Part shown: in pieces, positions 9,416 through 19,843 of the stretch
Layout: each line of letters opens with the position of its first letter
Numbering within the stretch: the first letter of the stretch is position 1
From: Dechloromonas sp.
Lineage (GTDB): Bacteria > Pseudomonadota > Gammaproteobacteria > Burkholderiales > Rhodocyclaceae
Direction: 5' to 3'
DNA length: 64,000 bases
NCBI GenBank assembly: GCA_016790815.1
Contig: JAEUOG010000004.1
Coordinates: 987 to 64,986 of the forward strand
Notes under the pieces: generated by a model
Told to the model about the DNA's origin: nothing
Seen by the model: only the letters and a program-made list of their open reading frames with translations
Database searches by the model: none
Made by a program: the position numbers and the translations under genes

Positions 9416-12331
9416 TTATTGGTTACCCAGCTTGGCCAACTGGGGCTTGAGTTGTTCCAGCGTCGCCGTGAAACCGGCTACCCGCTGCTTTTCCTGATCG
9501 ATCACGGCGGCCGGGGCGCGGGCGACGAAGCCTTCGTTGGCGAGCTTGCCCTGGGCAATCGAAATCTGCTTTTCGAGCTTCTCGATTTCCTTGGCGAGGC
9601 GTACGCGTTCGGCGGCAACGTCAATCTCCACCTTGAGCATCAGGCGGGTTTCACCGACCACGGCCACCGGTGCCATGGCATCGGCCGGCATGTCGGAAAC
9701 GATTTGTACCTCGGAGAGCTTACCCAGAGCTTGCAGGATCGCTGCGAACTCGGAAATCTCGGCGCCACCACCGGCCACCAGCAGCGGCATGCGCAGGGCC
9801 GGGGAGACATTCATCTCGCCACGCAGGTTGCGCGTCGCGTAGGCCAGGGCCTTGAGGCGCTCGACCTTGGCTTCAGAAGCCGGGTCGATCTTGTACTCCT
9901 CGGCGCGCGGGTAGGCGGCGAGCATGATCGACTCGTGCGTCTTGCGCCCGGCGATCGGCGCGACGGTCTGCCACAGCTCTTCGGTGATGAACGGAATGAG
10001 CGGGTGGGCCAGGCGCAGCACGGCTTCCAGCGTGCGCACCAAGGTCCGGCGGGCACCGCGCTGCTGGGCATCGTTGCCGGTCTGAATCTCGACCTTGGCA
10101 ATTTCCAGGTACCAGTCACAGAACTCGTCCCAGATGAATTTGTAGATGGCCTGGGCAACGAGGTCGAAACGGTAGTCGGTGAAATGCTGTTCGACTTCCT
10201 TCTCGACGCGCTGCAACTGGCTGACGATCCAGCGGTCGGCGAAGCTGAACTCGAGCGGGGCGGAACCGCCGCAGGCCGGGCCGTTTTGCTGGTGTTCTAG
10301 GGCCAGATCGTGGCCTTCGACGTTCATCAGCACGAAGCGCGTGGCGTTCCACAGCTTGTTGCAGAAATTGCGGTAGCCGTCGCAGCGATTCAGGTCGAAC
10401 TTGATGTCGCGGCCGGGCGAGGCAAGGCTGGCGAAAGTGAAGCGCAGGGCGTCGGTGCCGAAGGAGGCGATGCCTTCCGGGAACTCTCTCTTCGTTTTCT
10501 TGGCGATGCTCTCGGCCTGCTTCGGGTTCATCAGGCCGGTGGTGCGCTTTTCGATCAGCGCGTCGAGGCCGATGCCGTCGATCAGGTCAATCGGGTCGAG
10601 CACGTTGCCTTTGGACTTCGACATCTTCTGGCCTTCGCCGTCGCGGATCAGGCCGTGAACATAAACGTGCTTGAATGGAATCTGGCCGGTGATCTGCTTG
10701 GTCATCATGACCATGCGGGCGACCCAGAAGAAGATGATGTCGAAGCCGGTGACCAGCACGGTCGACGGCAAATATTGCTGCAAAATCGGGTTGGCGGCGT
10801 CAATGGCCTCGTCGCCCGTCCAGTCCAGCGTCGAGAACGGCCACAGGGCGGACGAGAACCATGTGTCGAGGACATCTTCGTCGCGGCTCAGCGGTGAGAT
10901 GCCAAATTGAGTGCAGGCCTCATTAAAATTGCCACTCAAAATCCCCGTAGTTAGAGCCAGTGTCTTGTTTTCTGAAACAGGGGCTGCAGAAAGATACTGG
11001 CGATAGGCCTCTTCTTCGTTGTGAGCGACAAAAATCTGGCCGATATCGCCGTACCAGGCCGGAATCTGGTGGCCCCACCACAGCTGGCGGGAAATACACC
11101 AGTCCTGGATGTTGTTGAGCCACTGGTTGTAGGTATTGACCCAGTTTTCCGGGTAGAACTTGATTTCGCCGGAATGGACGACGTCGAGCGCCTTCTCGGT
11201 GATCGACTTGCCGTCGTCGCCAGGCTTCGACATGGCGACGAACCATTGATCGGTGAGCATCGGTTCGATGAGCACATTGGTCCGGTCGCCGCGCGGCACC
11301 TTGAGCTTGTGCTTGTCGGTCTTTTCGAGGATGCCGAGGGCTTCGAGGTCGGCGACAACGGCCTTGCGGGCGTCGAAGCGGTCGAGGCCACGGTATTTCT
11401 CGGGCGCGTTCTCGTTGATCTTGGCATCCAGCGTCAGGATCGAAATCATCGGCAGGCCGTGGCGCTGGCCAACCGCATAGTCGTTGAAGTCATGGGCCGG
11501 CGTCACCTTGACGCAGCCAGTGCCGAATTCGAGATCGACGTAGGAATCGGCAATGATCGGGATTTCGCGATCGGTCAACGGCAGCTTCACCATCTTGCCG
11601 ATCATGTGCTTGTAGCGCTCGTCTTCCGGATGAACCATCACGGCGGTGTCGCCGAGCATGGTTTCCGGACGGGTCGTCGCCACCACCAGGCTATCCGAGC
11701 CATCGGCCAGCGGATAGCGGATGTGCCACATGAAGCCGTCTTCTTCCTCCTGCACGACTTCGAGGTCGGACACAGCGGTATGCAGCTTCGGGTCCCAGTT
11801 CACCAGGCGCTTGCCGCGGTAGATCAGGCCCTCGTTGAACAGGCGGACGAAGGTTTCGGTGACGACCTTGTTGAGGCCGGCATCCATCGTGAAGCGCTCG
11901 CGCTTCCAGTCCGGGCTGGTGCCCATGCGGCGCATCTGCTTGGTGATGGTGTTGCCGGAGTATTCCTTCCATTCCCAGACCTTTTCCAGGAACTTCTCGC
12001 GGCCGAGGTCGTGGCGGCTGATGCCTTGTGCGTCGAGCTGGCGTTCGACGACGATCTGCGTCGCGATGCCGGCGTGGTCGGTGCCCGGTTGCCACAGCGT
12101 GTTGTGGCCGCGCATCCGGTAGTAGCGGGTCAGGGCGTCCATCAGGGTCTGGTTGAAGCCATGGCCCATGTGCAGCGTGCCGGTCACGTTCGGCGGCGGC
12201 AGCAGGATGCAGAAGTTCTCGTCAGGCGCCTTGCTGCGGTCAACGCCAGCAGCGAAGTAATTCTGGGCTTCCCACTCGGGATACCAGCGGCGTTCAATGT
12301 CGGCGGGTTCGAAGGCTTTGGCGAGTTCCAT
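9416..12331 (-). CDS. valS: Valine--tRNA ligase
   Basis: [31 protein letters not shown]-terminal coiled coil. Confidence 0.99.
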   Translation of the reverse strand: MELAKAFEPADIERRWYPEWEAQNYFAAGVDRSKAPDENFCILLPPPNVTGTLHMGHGFNQTLMDALTRYYRMRGHNTLWQPGTDHAGIATQIVVERQLDAQGISRHDLGREKFLEKVWEWKEYSGNTITKQMRRMGTSPDWKRERFTMDAGLNKVVTETFVRLFNEGLIYRGKRLVNWDPKLHTAVSDLEVVQEEEDGFMWHIRYPLADGSDSLVVATTRPETMLGDTAVMVHPEDERYKHMIGKMVKLPLTDREIPIIADSYVDLEFGTGCVKVTPAHDFNDYAVGQRHGLPMISILTLDAKINENAPEKYRGLDRFDARKAVVADLEALGILEKTDKHKLKVPRGDRTNVLIEPMLTDQWFVAMSKPGDDGKSITEKALDVVHSGEIKFYPENWVNTYNQWLNNIQDWCISRQLWWGHQIPAWYGDIGQIFVAHNEEEAYRQYLSAAPVSENKTLALTTGILSGNFNEACTQFGISPLSRDEDVLDTWFSSALWPFSTLDWTGDEAIDAANPILQQYLPSTVLVTGFDIIFFWVARMVMMTKQITGQIPFKHVYVHGLIRDGEGQKMSKSKGNVLDPIDLIDGIGLDALIEKRTTGLMNPKQAESIAKKTKREFPEGIASFGTDALRFTFASLASPGRDIKFDLNRCDGYRNFCNKLWNATRFVLMNVEGHDLALEHQQNGPACGGSAPLEFSFADRWIVSQLQRVEKEVEQHFTDYRFDLVAQAIYKFIWDEFCDWYLEIAKVEIQTGNDAQQRGARRTLVRTLEAVLRLAHPLIPFITEELWQTVAPIAGRKTHESIMLAAYPRAEEYKIDPASEAKVERLKALAYATRNLRGEMNVSPALRMPLLVAGGGAEISEFAAILQALGKLSEVQIVSDMPADAMAPVAVVGETRLMLKVEIDVAAERVRLAKEIEKLEKQISIAQGKLANEGFVARAPAAVIDQEKQRVAGFTATLEQLKPQLAKLGNQ
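10756..10789 (-). repeat. Dispersed motif copy inside valS
   Basis: Reverse complement CCGATTTT-GCAGCAA-TATTT-GCC-GTCGAC-CGTGC. Confidence 0.65.
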
Positions 12332-12393
12332 GGGCTTGTCGGAAAAGGGGAAAACCCATGATTATACCCGCGATTGTTGGCGCACCCAGCCTG

Positions 12394-13935
12394 CTAGTTC
12401 GGTGTCTCCATGATCGCCGTGCCCCAAGTAGAGGTCCGGTAACCAAGCGGCTTCCAGAGATGCTTCCAGGGCAGCTCGACGATTCCCGGCGGCGTCACGA
12501 CGTGCGCGGCAGCGGTGGCGTTGCGCAGGTCGGCTGGCATATCAGGATTCTTGTCCGATACGGGCCAGACGACGGCGATTTTTCTGGCATCGCCGGCCGA
12601 AACGGGCAGGCCGGGCATCACAATGCGGGAATCGGGGAAGAAGCGGCGGAGGTTCCCGCCGACATGGGGGTCATTGACGATGATCGTTCCCTGGTCGAAG
12701 CCCTGCTCACGGAGCTTGTCGGCGAGTTCTGGGAAGGGGACGGCCCAGCGGCAACGCGAGCAGAAGGGCTCGTAGACAAACAGGTTGCCACTGCGCACGG
12801 CGTAGGCGGTGATGGTGAAACCGAGCAGGACGGCCATGAAAACTTGCACCCGGCGCGGCGTGGGGTTGGTCTCGCGGGCCTTCTCGGTCAGCCAGGGAAT
12901 GGCGATGACCACCATTGGCAGGATGACGTGTACCGCGTAGTTGGAGCGCGAATAGAGCAGGCCGTTGAAGATGACGAGTCCGATCAGTTCGATGAGCAGA
13001 ATGTGGAACAGGAACAGCTTCGGGTCGAAAACGAGTGGATTGCCTGACCGCAGGCGGGTCTGCCGGAAAATACTCCGGAAAATGGCCGGAAAGACCATCG
13101 GCAGGATGACGATGTAGGGCGCGAGCACCAGCAAGGGGAAGGTTAAAGCATCGCGCAGGCTGCCAGCCAAGCCTTTCGCCGAGTATGCCGGAAGCGGTGG
13201 AAACAGATCTGAGGCCAAGGCTGCAAAACGCTGTGGATCGGCGCTCAGCCAATGCGCGTAGGGGCTCACGATGAGCAATGTGACCGGCAAAGCCGCCAGC
13301 ATCGGCAGCGAGAAGACTGTTTTTCGCATGGATGGCTGCAGCCATGCGGCGAGGAACGTGGCGAACAAGGCAAAGGCGTAGATGTGCTCCGTGAGAAGGC
13401 CGAGGCCGATCAGCGCAGCGCACAGCAGGTAATTGCCGCGGCTCGGGTGATCTAGCAGTCGGATGATCGCCCAGACGGTAAGCACGGCCAGCACCATGGC
13501 GCCGACGCGATGGGTAAAGCCTTCGTGAAAACGCCAAAAAATCTGGTACACCGTTGCCATCGATTCAACGGCGATGAAAGCCCACAGCGCGCTTTGGGAA
13601 ATCCTTCTCGTGATCTGGAAAATGCATCCGGCCATGACGACCAGCAACGCGTATTTCAGAAACAGGAAGCCTGAAAGGCCGGTGCCGAATAGATGCTGCA
13701 ACGCCCAAATAGCCCAGTCGTAGAGCGGACCGTGCTGAACGTTGTATCCCGGTGCAAGCGTCTGCGCGAGCAGGTTGTCGAGCGGGTCGTCCTCGCCGAG
13801 ATTGCCTGACGAGAGCAAACGGGTCAGCGCGTGAACAGAGGCGTAAAGGGCGACAAGGACTAGGACGGCGGGCAGCGTGAAAGGAAAGCGGGGAGCTGCC
13901 GATGCGGCGGTGGACAACGAGGTGCTCTGATTCAT
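12394..13935 (-). CDS. GT-C fold membrane glycosyltransferase (ArnT/PMT-like, GT39/GT83)
   Basis: Multiple TM helices, acidic EDD motif after TM1, GY..QHGPLYDW motif. Confidence 0.7.
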   Translation of the reverse strand: MNQSTSLSTAASAAPRFPFTLPAVLVLVALYASVHALTRLLSSGNLGEDDPLDNLLAQTLAPGYNVQHGPLYDWAIWALQHLFGTGLSGFLFLKYALLVVMAGCIFQITRRISQSALWAFIAVESMATVYQIFWRFHEGFTHRVGAMVLAVLTVWAIIRLLDHPSRGNYLLCAALIGLGLLTEHIYAFALFATFLAAWLQPSMRKTVFSLPMLAALPVTLLIVSPYAHWLSADPQRFAALASDLFPPLPAYSAKGLAGSLRDALTFPLLVLAPYIVILPMVFPAIFRSIFRQTRLRSGNPLVFDPKLFLFHILLIELIGLVIFNGLLYSRSNYAVHVILPMVVIAIPWLTEKARETNPTPRRVQVFMAVLLGFTITAYAVRSGNLFVYEPFCSRCRWAVPFPELADKLREQGFDQGTIIVNDPHVGGNLRRFFPDSRIVMPGLPVSAGDARKIAVVWPVSDKNPDMPADLRNATAAAHVVTPPGIVELPWKHLWKPLGYRTSTWGTAIMETPN

Positions 13936-13976
13936 GGGATTTGTGAGGGGCCCAGCGGGCCGCGATCGGTATCAGG

Positions 13977-14351
13977 CTAACTGTTTTCGATCATCTTCTG
14001 ATCGGCCAGAAAATCCCTGAGGGTCGAGCTGATAATTTCGGGGAGGGCGGCCTTGATGCGTTCCTCTATTCGGCTGGCGAGTTCTCGAGCGAGTTCATCG
14101 CGCAAAACTGGATCGATTGAGGGGGCGTCAAGGGGTGTGTGCCGGGGTTCTGCAGCTACCGGTTCGATGTCGAGTTCGAGTGGGTCGGGTATGGCTTCCG
14201 CTTCGGGTGTCGGTTCCACTTCAGTGAGCACCGGAATGTCGTCAAACTCATCGACACTGTCCGTCAGGACTGGAATGTCATCGAACTCGTGGTCGCTCTG
14301 GCGCCGACGATGCATGAGGGCGTCTGCTCGGGCAATGATGGGACTTGGCAC
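13977..14351 (-). CDS. Hypothetical acidic Pro-rich protein downstream of holC
   Basis: Duplicated EFDDIPVLT, P/E/D-rich linker, C-terminal helix; AAGGA RBS. Confidence 0.75.
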   Translation of the reverse strand: MPSPIIARADALMHRRRQSDHEFDDIPVLTDSVDEFDDIPVLTEVEPTPEAEAIPDPLELDIEPVAAEPRHTPLDAPSIDPVLRDELARELASRIEERIKAALPEIISSTLRDFLADQKMIENS

Positions 14352-14360
14352 GCGATTTCC

Positions 14361-14783
14361 TTAGCGGTCGCTGAGATCGAAGTAGCGAACTTGGTAACCG
14401 CGATCCTTGTAGAACTTGACGCGATCCCTTGCCTTGTCGCGATCACTCTCTTCCTGGCCGACAACTTCGATCAGACTTTCGAATCGCGAAAAGCCGGGCG
14501 GAATTTCCTGACTCAGATTCATCAGCCGTTCGTCGAGCGCGATGCTGTCGAGCTTGTCGGTGATCAGAATCGGTGTGTCTGCAGCCAGCGGCGAATCGGC
14601 CCGGCAATGCGGCACAAAGCTGAGCGCCGAATGCGTCCAGAGCATTCGGTCGACGCTGCTGGCGACTGCGCTATCGACGGCGTAGACCAGCATCTGCTTC
14701 TTTTTTGCATAGGCCCCGCTAAGCAAGGCGCAGGCAGCGGCGATCTTGTCTGCCGCACCGTGGTAGAAAAAAACCTGCGTCAA
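14361..14783 (-). CDS. holC: DNA polymerase III chi subunit
   Basis: FYH, LW...SFVPH, EVV...ARDR..FYKDRG; follows pepA. Confidence 0.93.
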   Translation of the reverse strand: MTQVFFYHGAADKIAAACALLSGAYAKKKQMLVYAVDSAVASSVDRMLWTHSALSFVPHCRADSPLAADTPILITDKLDSIALDERLMNLSQEIPPGFSRFESLIEVVGQEESDRDKARDRVKFYKDRGYQVRYFDLSDR

Positions 14784-16276
14784 TTGAGCTTGCCTGCGCG
14801 TTGCAGAAGGTAGTGGGTCAAGAGGGGCACAGGCCGGCCGGTGGCTCCTTTGTTGGCGCCTGATTTCCAGGCTGTACCAGCGATGTCCAGATGCGCCCAG
14901 TCAAATTTCTTCGTGAACCGCGAGAGGAAGCAGGCGGCCGAAATGGCACCGCCCCAGCGACCACCGATGTTTGCCATGTCCGCAAACGGGCTTTTCAGGA
15001 GTTCCTGATAGTCGTCCCACAGCGGCATGTGCCAGGCGCGATCGTAGGCTTCGTCGCCAGCATCAAGCAGCTCGCGGGCCAGAGCATCCTTGTTGGCAAA
15101 CAGCCCCGTGGCAACGCCACCCAGCGCGACAACGCAGGCGCCAGTAAGCGTGGCGACATCGATCACGGTATCCGGCTCGAAACGCTCGGCGTAGGTTAAT
15201 GCATCGCAAAGAATCAGGCGACCTTCGGCGTCGGTATTGAGGATTTCGATAGTCTGGCCGGACATTGATGTAACGATGTCGCCAGGCCGTGTCGCCTTGC
15301 CATCAGGCATGTTTTCAGTGGCCGGTACGACAACGGTCAGGTTGATCGGCAGGGCCATCCTGGCCACCGAGTGCATGGTGCCGAGCACGCTGGCGGCGCC
15401 ACACATGTCATATTTCATTTCGTCCATTTCGGCACCGGGTTTCAGCGAAATGCCGCCCGTGTCGAAAGTGACACCTTTGCCAACCAGAACGATGGGTTTG
15501 TCGGCAGTCTTGCCACCCTTGTAGCTCAGAATGATCAGCTTGGGCGGCTGGTGTGAGCCATGGGCAACGGCCAGCAGGGAGTGCATGCCGAGCTTTTCCA
15601 TGTCAGCGCGGTCCAGAACCTCGCATTCGAGCTTGAACTTCTTGGCCATAGCCTGCGCCTGTTCGGCCAAGTAGGTCGGATGGCAGATGTTGGGTGGCAG
15701 ATTGCCGAGATCCTTGGTTTTCGCCACGCCTTCGGCGATGGCCAGTCCCTGGTTCAATGCCTCCTCGGCTGGCGCAAGTTCATTACGCCGCTCGACGCTG
15801 AAGGTCAGCTTGCGGAGGGGCCGGCGAATTTCTTCTTTTTTGCTCTTGAATTGCTCAAATTTGTACGTTGCATCCAGCGCAGACATGGTTGCCTGGCGAA
15901 TCCGCCAGCCAATACTATGTTTCTTGACGGGAAGTTCTGTCAGGAATACGGAGGCATCGAAAGCGCCGGTTTCGTTGAGCACTTTTACGGTCGTGCTGAT
16001 GGCGCTACCGAACTCCTTCTCGCGAAAGTCTTTTTCCTTGCCCAGTCCAACCAGCAGGATGCGGTCGCAGAGTGTGCCCGGCACGTTATGCAGCAGCAAG
16101 GTGCTGCCGGATTTGCCTTCCATGTCGCCACGCCGGACAATGTCGGCAATATGGCCGTTTGACGCCTTGTCGAGCAACTCGGCGGGGAGGGTCAATTTCC
16201 GTGATTCGAAGACGCCGACAACGACGCAGGCACTGCGCTGTTTCTCCGGGCTGCCACTTTTTATGCTAAATTCCAC
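14780..16276 (-). CDS. pepA: Leucyl aminopeptidase PepA
   Basis: GKGVTFDTGG, MKYDMCG, NTDAEGRL, WAHLDIAG. Confidence 0.98.
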   Translation of the reverse strand: MEFSIKSGSPEKQRSACVVVGVFESRKLTLPAELLDKASNGHIADIVRRGDMEGKSGSTLLLHNVPGTLCDRILLVGLGKEKDFREKEFGSAISTTVKVLNETGAFDASVFLTELPVKKHSIGWRIRQATMSALDATYKFEQFKSKKEEIRRPLRKLTFSVERRNELAPAEEALNQGLAIAEGVAKTKDLGNLPPNICHPTYLAEQAQAMAKKFKLECEVLDRADMEKLGMHSLLAVAHGSHQPPKLIILSYKGGKTADKPIVLVGKGVTFDTGGISLKPGAEMDEMKYDMCGAASVLGTMHSVARMALPINLTVVVPATENMPDGKATRPGDIVTSMSGQTIEILNTDAEGRLILCDALTYAERFEPDTVIDVATLTGACVVALGGVATGLFANKDALARELLDAGDEAYDRAWHMPLWDDYQELLKSPFADMANIGGRWGGAISAACFLSRFTKKFDWAHLDIAGTAWKSGANKGATGRPVPLLTHYLLQRAGKLN

Positions 16277-16347
16277 AAGCTGCTCCTGATCAGGGAAATA
16301 TCAGTTTCCGAGGGATTATCCTCGCATTTTTTCGGTTTCGTCAAAGC

Positions 16348-17433
16348 ATGATATTCGAACGTGCCGCCCGGCGCGAATTTGCTCAGGCAGCCGCTGGCAT
16401 AAGTGTTGCCCTGCTGGCGATCCTGGCCTCCATATTGTTGATTCGCCTCCTGAAAGAGGCCGTCGGCGGGCGCATTGTGCCTGAGGCGGTAGCGTCGCTG
16501 CTCGGCTTCGCGTTGTTGAATTTCATGCCGCTCGTCCTGAGTTTGATGCTTTTTGTGTCCATTTTGCTCAGTTTGACGCGCGCATACCGCGATTCGGAGA
16601 TGGTTGTATGGAGCACTTGCGGCCTGCCACTGACAGCCTGGTTGCGGCCAGTGCTCAAGTTTGCGTTGCCGTTCATTCTGGTCATTGCGGTGCTGGCCGG
16701 TTTCCTTTCGCCATGGGCCAACTTGAATACAGCGCAGTATCGCCAGGTTCTGGCGGCGCGCAGCGATGTTTCTCAAGTGTCTCCGGGGGTTTTTCAGGAA
16801 TCCAAGGCGGGGAAACGGGTTTTCTTCGTTGAGGCGCTGGATGAGGGTGAGGCGCTGCTCGGCAATATCTTTGTTGCAAGTTCCCAGGATGGCAAGTTGG
16901 GAGTCGTGGTTTCGAATCAGGGCTATCAGGAATTTGCCGAAAACGGAGACCGCTTCGTCGTTCTGGAAAAAGGGCGTCGCTATGAAGTTGAGCCCGGGTC
17001 ACCCGAGTTTCGGGTGATGGAGTTCGAGCGATATCGGGTCCGCACTGAGGATGCCGAGGCCAAGCCCACGGAGAAGTTGCCAAACAGGTTGTCAATGCCG
17101 GATTTGCTCAACGATGACAGCAACAAGGCGCGCGGTGAATTGCTTTGGCGTATTGGCCTTCCGGTTTCAGCCCTTATCCTGGCGCTGCTGGCCATCCCCC
17201 TTTCTTATGTAAATCCACGCGCCGGGCGCTCGGCGAACATGTTGATAGCCGTACTGATCTACGCAATTTACAGCAACCTGTTGTGGGTTGCCCAAGCATG
17301 GGTGGCGCAGGGCAAGTTGTCCTTCTGGATTGGCGTTTGGGTCATTCACGCCATCATGCTGGTACCGCTGATATTGTTGTTCTATCGGCGCATCGCCGTG
17401 CGCATGCCTTGGCAAGGGAAATCCGGTGTTTAA
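16348..17433 (+). CDS. lptF: LPS export permease LptF
   Basis: YRDSEMVVW motif, divergent from pepA, LptF TM pattern. Confidence 0.93.
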   Translation: MIFERAARREFAQAAAGISVALLAILASILLIRLLKEAVGGRIVPEAVASLLGFALLNFMPLVLSLMLFVSILLSLTRAYRDSEMVVWSTCGLPLTAWLRPVLKFALPFILVIAVLAGFLSPWANLNTAQYRQVLAARSDVSQVSPGVFQESKAGKRVFFVEALDEGEALLGNIFVASSQDGKLGVVVSNQGYQEFAENGDRFVVLEKGRRYEVEPGSPEFRVMEFERYRVRTEDAEAKPTEKLPNRLSMPDLLNDDSNKARGELLWRIGLPVSALILALLAIPLSYVNPRAGRSANMLIAVLIYAIYSNLLWVAQAWVAQGKLSFWIGVWVIHAIMLVPLILLFYRRIAVRMPWQGKSGV

Positions 17434-18511
17434 GCTCAACACGCATCAACGCTACCTGATGCGAGAGGTTCTCGCTGCGGTGCTGTTGGTCTTGTTGGCA
17501 TTTTTGGCCCTGTTCAGCTTTTTCAATTTTGTTGACGAATTGCGGAACGTCGGGCGAGCTGACTACACGGCTGGGCGTGCTGCGTTGTTTGTAGCGCTGG
17601 GTTTGCCAGGGTTGGTCTATGAACTGATTCCGATTGCCGCCTTGATCGGAACGTTGTACGCATTGTCGACGCTGGCCAGGCATTCGGAACTCACGGTACT
17701 GCGTGCCTCCGGCCTGGCTACATCCGATTTGCTCATGACCTTGTTTAGGGCAGCAGCGATCCTCGCTTTGCTTACATTTATCTTCGGTGAGGTGCTGGTG
17801 CCGTTCAGCGAGCGGCTTGCACAGGAAATCAAGGCCAAGGCGCTCAGCAAAGTCATCGCCCGCAGCGGCCTGGAAAGCGGGTTGTGGATCAAGGATGGGC
17901 GCAGCTTCATAAATATTCGCAAGGCCAATGCCGATAACACCCTCGAGGGTCTGCGGATCTATCGATTTGCGTCTGATAATGCCCTGGAGTCGGTAACCGA
18001 TGCCAAGCAAGCCACTTTCGTGTTGCCAGACCGGTGGATTCTGAATGGGGTTGTCAGGACTATCCTTGAAGGGGATACCTCGCGCGTCGAATCGATTGAC
18101 TCCATGGAATGGCGTTCTGCGGTCAACCCGGATTTGTTGGCCATTTTGACCGTCGCACCCGAGCGGATGTCGCTATATGGGCTGTTCAACTACACCCGGC
18201 ATCTGGTCGAGAACAAGCAAAAAGCAGAGCGCTACCAGATCGCACTCTGGAAAAAACTCGTCTATCCGCTCACGGCATTGGTCATGGTTGCGCTGGCGCT
18301 TCCCTTCGGCTACTCCCATGATCGCGTCGGCGGGGTTAGTCTGAAGATATTCTCCGGTGTCATGCTGGGCATACTTTTCTATGCCCTGAATGGCCTCTTT
18401 TCGAATCTCGGAGTGATCAATTCCTGGCCGCCGTTTGCCAGTGCGACCGCGCCCGCTGCGCTGTTTTTGGTGGCTGCGATGGGTATGCTCTGGTGGGTTG
18501 AACGGCGTTAA
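17426..18511 (+). CDS. lptG: LPS export permease LptG
   Basis: SELTVLRASG, GLWIKDG; follows lptF. Confidence 0.93.
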   Translation: MFKLNTHQRYLMREVLAAVLLVLLAFLALFSFFNFVDELRNVGRADYTAGRAALFVALGLPGLVYELIPIAALIGTLYALSTLARHSELTVLRASGLATSDLLMTLFRAAAILALLTFIFGEVLVPFSERLAQEIKAKALSKVIARSGLESGLWIKDGRSFINIRKANADNTLEGLRIYRFASDNALESVTDAKQATFVLPDRWILNGVVRTILEGDTSRVESIDSMEWRSAVNPDLLAILTVAPERMSLYGLFNYTRHLVENKQKAERYQIALWKKLVYPLTALVMVALALPFGYSHDRVGGVSLKIFSGVMLGILFYALNGLFSNLGVINSWPPFASATAPAALFLVAAMGMLWWVERR

Positions 18512-18924
18512 TCGGCCGTGCTGACTATTCGGGTTCCCGCAATCCGGTCATGCAGGAACTGATGGTCCTTGTCGAATAGAGCCCAGAGTATTCCGGCGCC
18601 AAAAAGCAGAACGCTGGGCCATGCAGCCAGGTAGCGAAGCACGGCCTGCAAGGGGCGCAATGCCACGCCCTCCGCGGAGACGATGCGAAGTTTCCATGTC
18701 TTCATCGGTAGTGTTTGCCCACCGTTGAGCCAGCACCAGACGAAATAGACGAGCAGCAACACCAAAACATGGAGCCATAGCATCCGCGGGGATAGCTCCA
18801 AATGAAATCCAGAAAGGACGACTTGCGGTAGCAGAAAGCCGATCAGCAGGATAGAAAAAACGACCAGGCTTTCGTAAAGCATGCAGACCAAGCGGCGCCT
18901 GACGCCAGGAAGTGAGCTAGGCAT
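18508..18924 (-). CDS. RDD family membrane protein
   Basis: RRL..MLYE, GQTLPMKTWKLR, LHDRIAGT. Confidence 0.88.
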   Translation of the reverse strand: MPSSLPGVRRRLVCMLYESLVVFSILLIGFLLPQVVLSGFHLELSPRMLWLHVLVLLLVYFVWCWLNGGQTLPMKTWKLRIVSAEGVALRPLQAVLRYLAAWPSVLLFGAGILWALFDKDHQFLHDRIAGTRIVSTAD

Positions 18925-19490
18925 CAGTTTTTTGTCGATTCTGTTGTGGTTGGTGTTTGCCTGGGTGAGCCGTCCGTGGAGGCCGGTGGAACAATGGTGC
19001 TAAGGCCAGTGACGCTTGTGGCTTCAGTTGCAGGGGCAGGGGCCAGGAGTTTGGACGACTTGCCACCTTCGCGCAGGCGTTGCTGCTGTTCTGGTGGCAG
19101 GTTCGTAAACGCATCCCACTTCTGCTTGACCGCTTGCTTCTGATCGGGTGGCAGTTGGTTGAAATCCTTGTATGAAGTTCGAACCTTGGCTCGTTGATCG
19201 GGGGTCAGGTTTGCCCACTCACGCATCCGTTCATGCATGCGTTGCTGCTCGTCCGGCTTCATGTTGGGGTAGCGCGCAGCAATCCCCAGCCATTTTTTCT
19301 TGTGGATGTTTTCAAAGGTATCCCAGCCCTTGGCCAAAGGGGCCAGAACGTCTTTTTGCTGGGAGTTCAGTTGAGTCCATGCGGGCTGCGGCGGCGTGCC
19401 AATGATGGCCGCGGTTGGCGGTTCTATGGCAGTGGCGGTCGTCAGGTAAAAACAGAGGATCACTCCTCCAAGGAATCGTCTTTTAACCAT
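18924..19490 (-). CDS. DUF3106-type periplasmic repeat protein
   Basis: Repeated W/F..L(T/P)P(D/E)Q units; lies in the ECF cassette. Confidence 0.8.
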   Translation of the reverse strand: MVKRRFLGGVILCFYLTTATAIEPPTAAIIGTPPQPAWTQLNSQQKDVLAPLAKGWDTFENIHKKKWLGIAARYPNMKPDEQQRMHERMREWANLTPDQRAKVRTSYKDFNQLPPDQKQAVKQKWDAFTNLPPEQQQRLREGGKSSKLLAPAPATEATSVTGLSTIVPPASTDGSPRQTPTTTESTKN

Positions 19491-19843
19491 TCGAAAAAGT
19501 CGCTATCCAGAAAGGCGTCAGGCGGAAGGTCATCGGTAAGCAAGGCGCTATCCACGTCCTCCAGTTCGGTAATGTACTGGACGCTATGCCAATAAAACGA
19601 AATCCACATGCCTACGAGCAACGCGACAATCGCTAAAAATTGCTTGGCATGGGGGGCGTAGGCGCTCGTCCGCAATGACAGGATTCCAGCAGTGGCTGCG
19701 GCGAGTTGAGGCTCGGGCTGTTTTTGCCGTGCCAGCGCCAAGTGGCGGGCGGCCTCCAGCCTTCGCGATGCCGCAGGCGGAATGTCCTTCAATCCGAAAT
19801 TCAGTGTTTGCCGAATCCGATGAGCGTAGCGTTCTTCGTTCAT
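19460..19843 (-). CDS. DUF3619-type putative anti-sigma factor
   Basis: RLEAARHLAL, single TM, LLTDDLPPDAFLD..F..WL; ATGA coupling to the sigma gene. Confidence 0.8.
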   Translation of the reverse strand: MNEERYAHRIRQTLNFGLKDIPPAASRRLEAARHLALARQKQPEPQLAAATAGILSLRTSAYAPHAKQFLAIVALLVGMWISFYWHSVQYITELEDVDSALLTDDLPPDAFLDSDFFEWLKDDSLEE

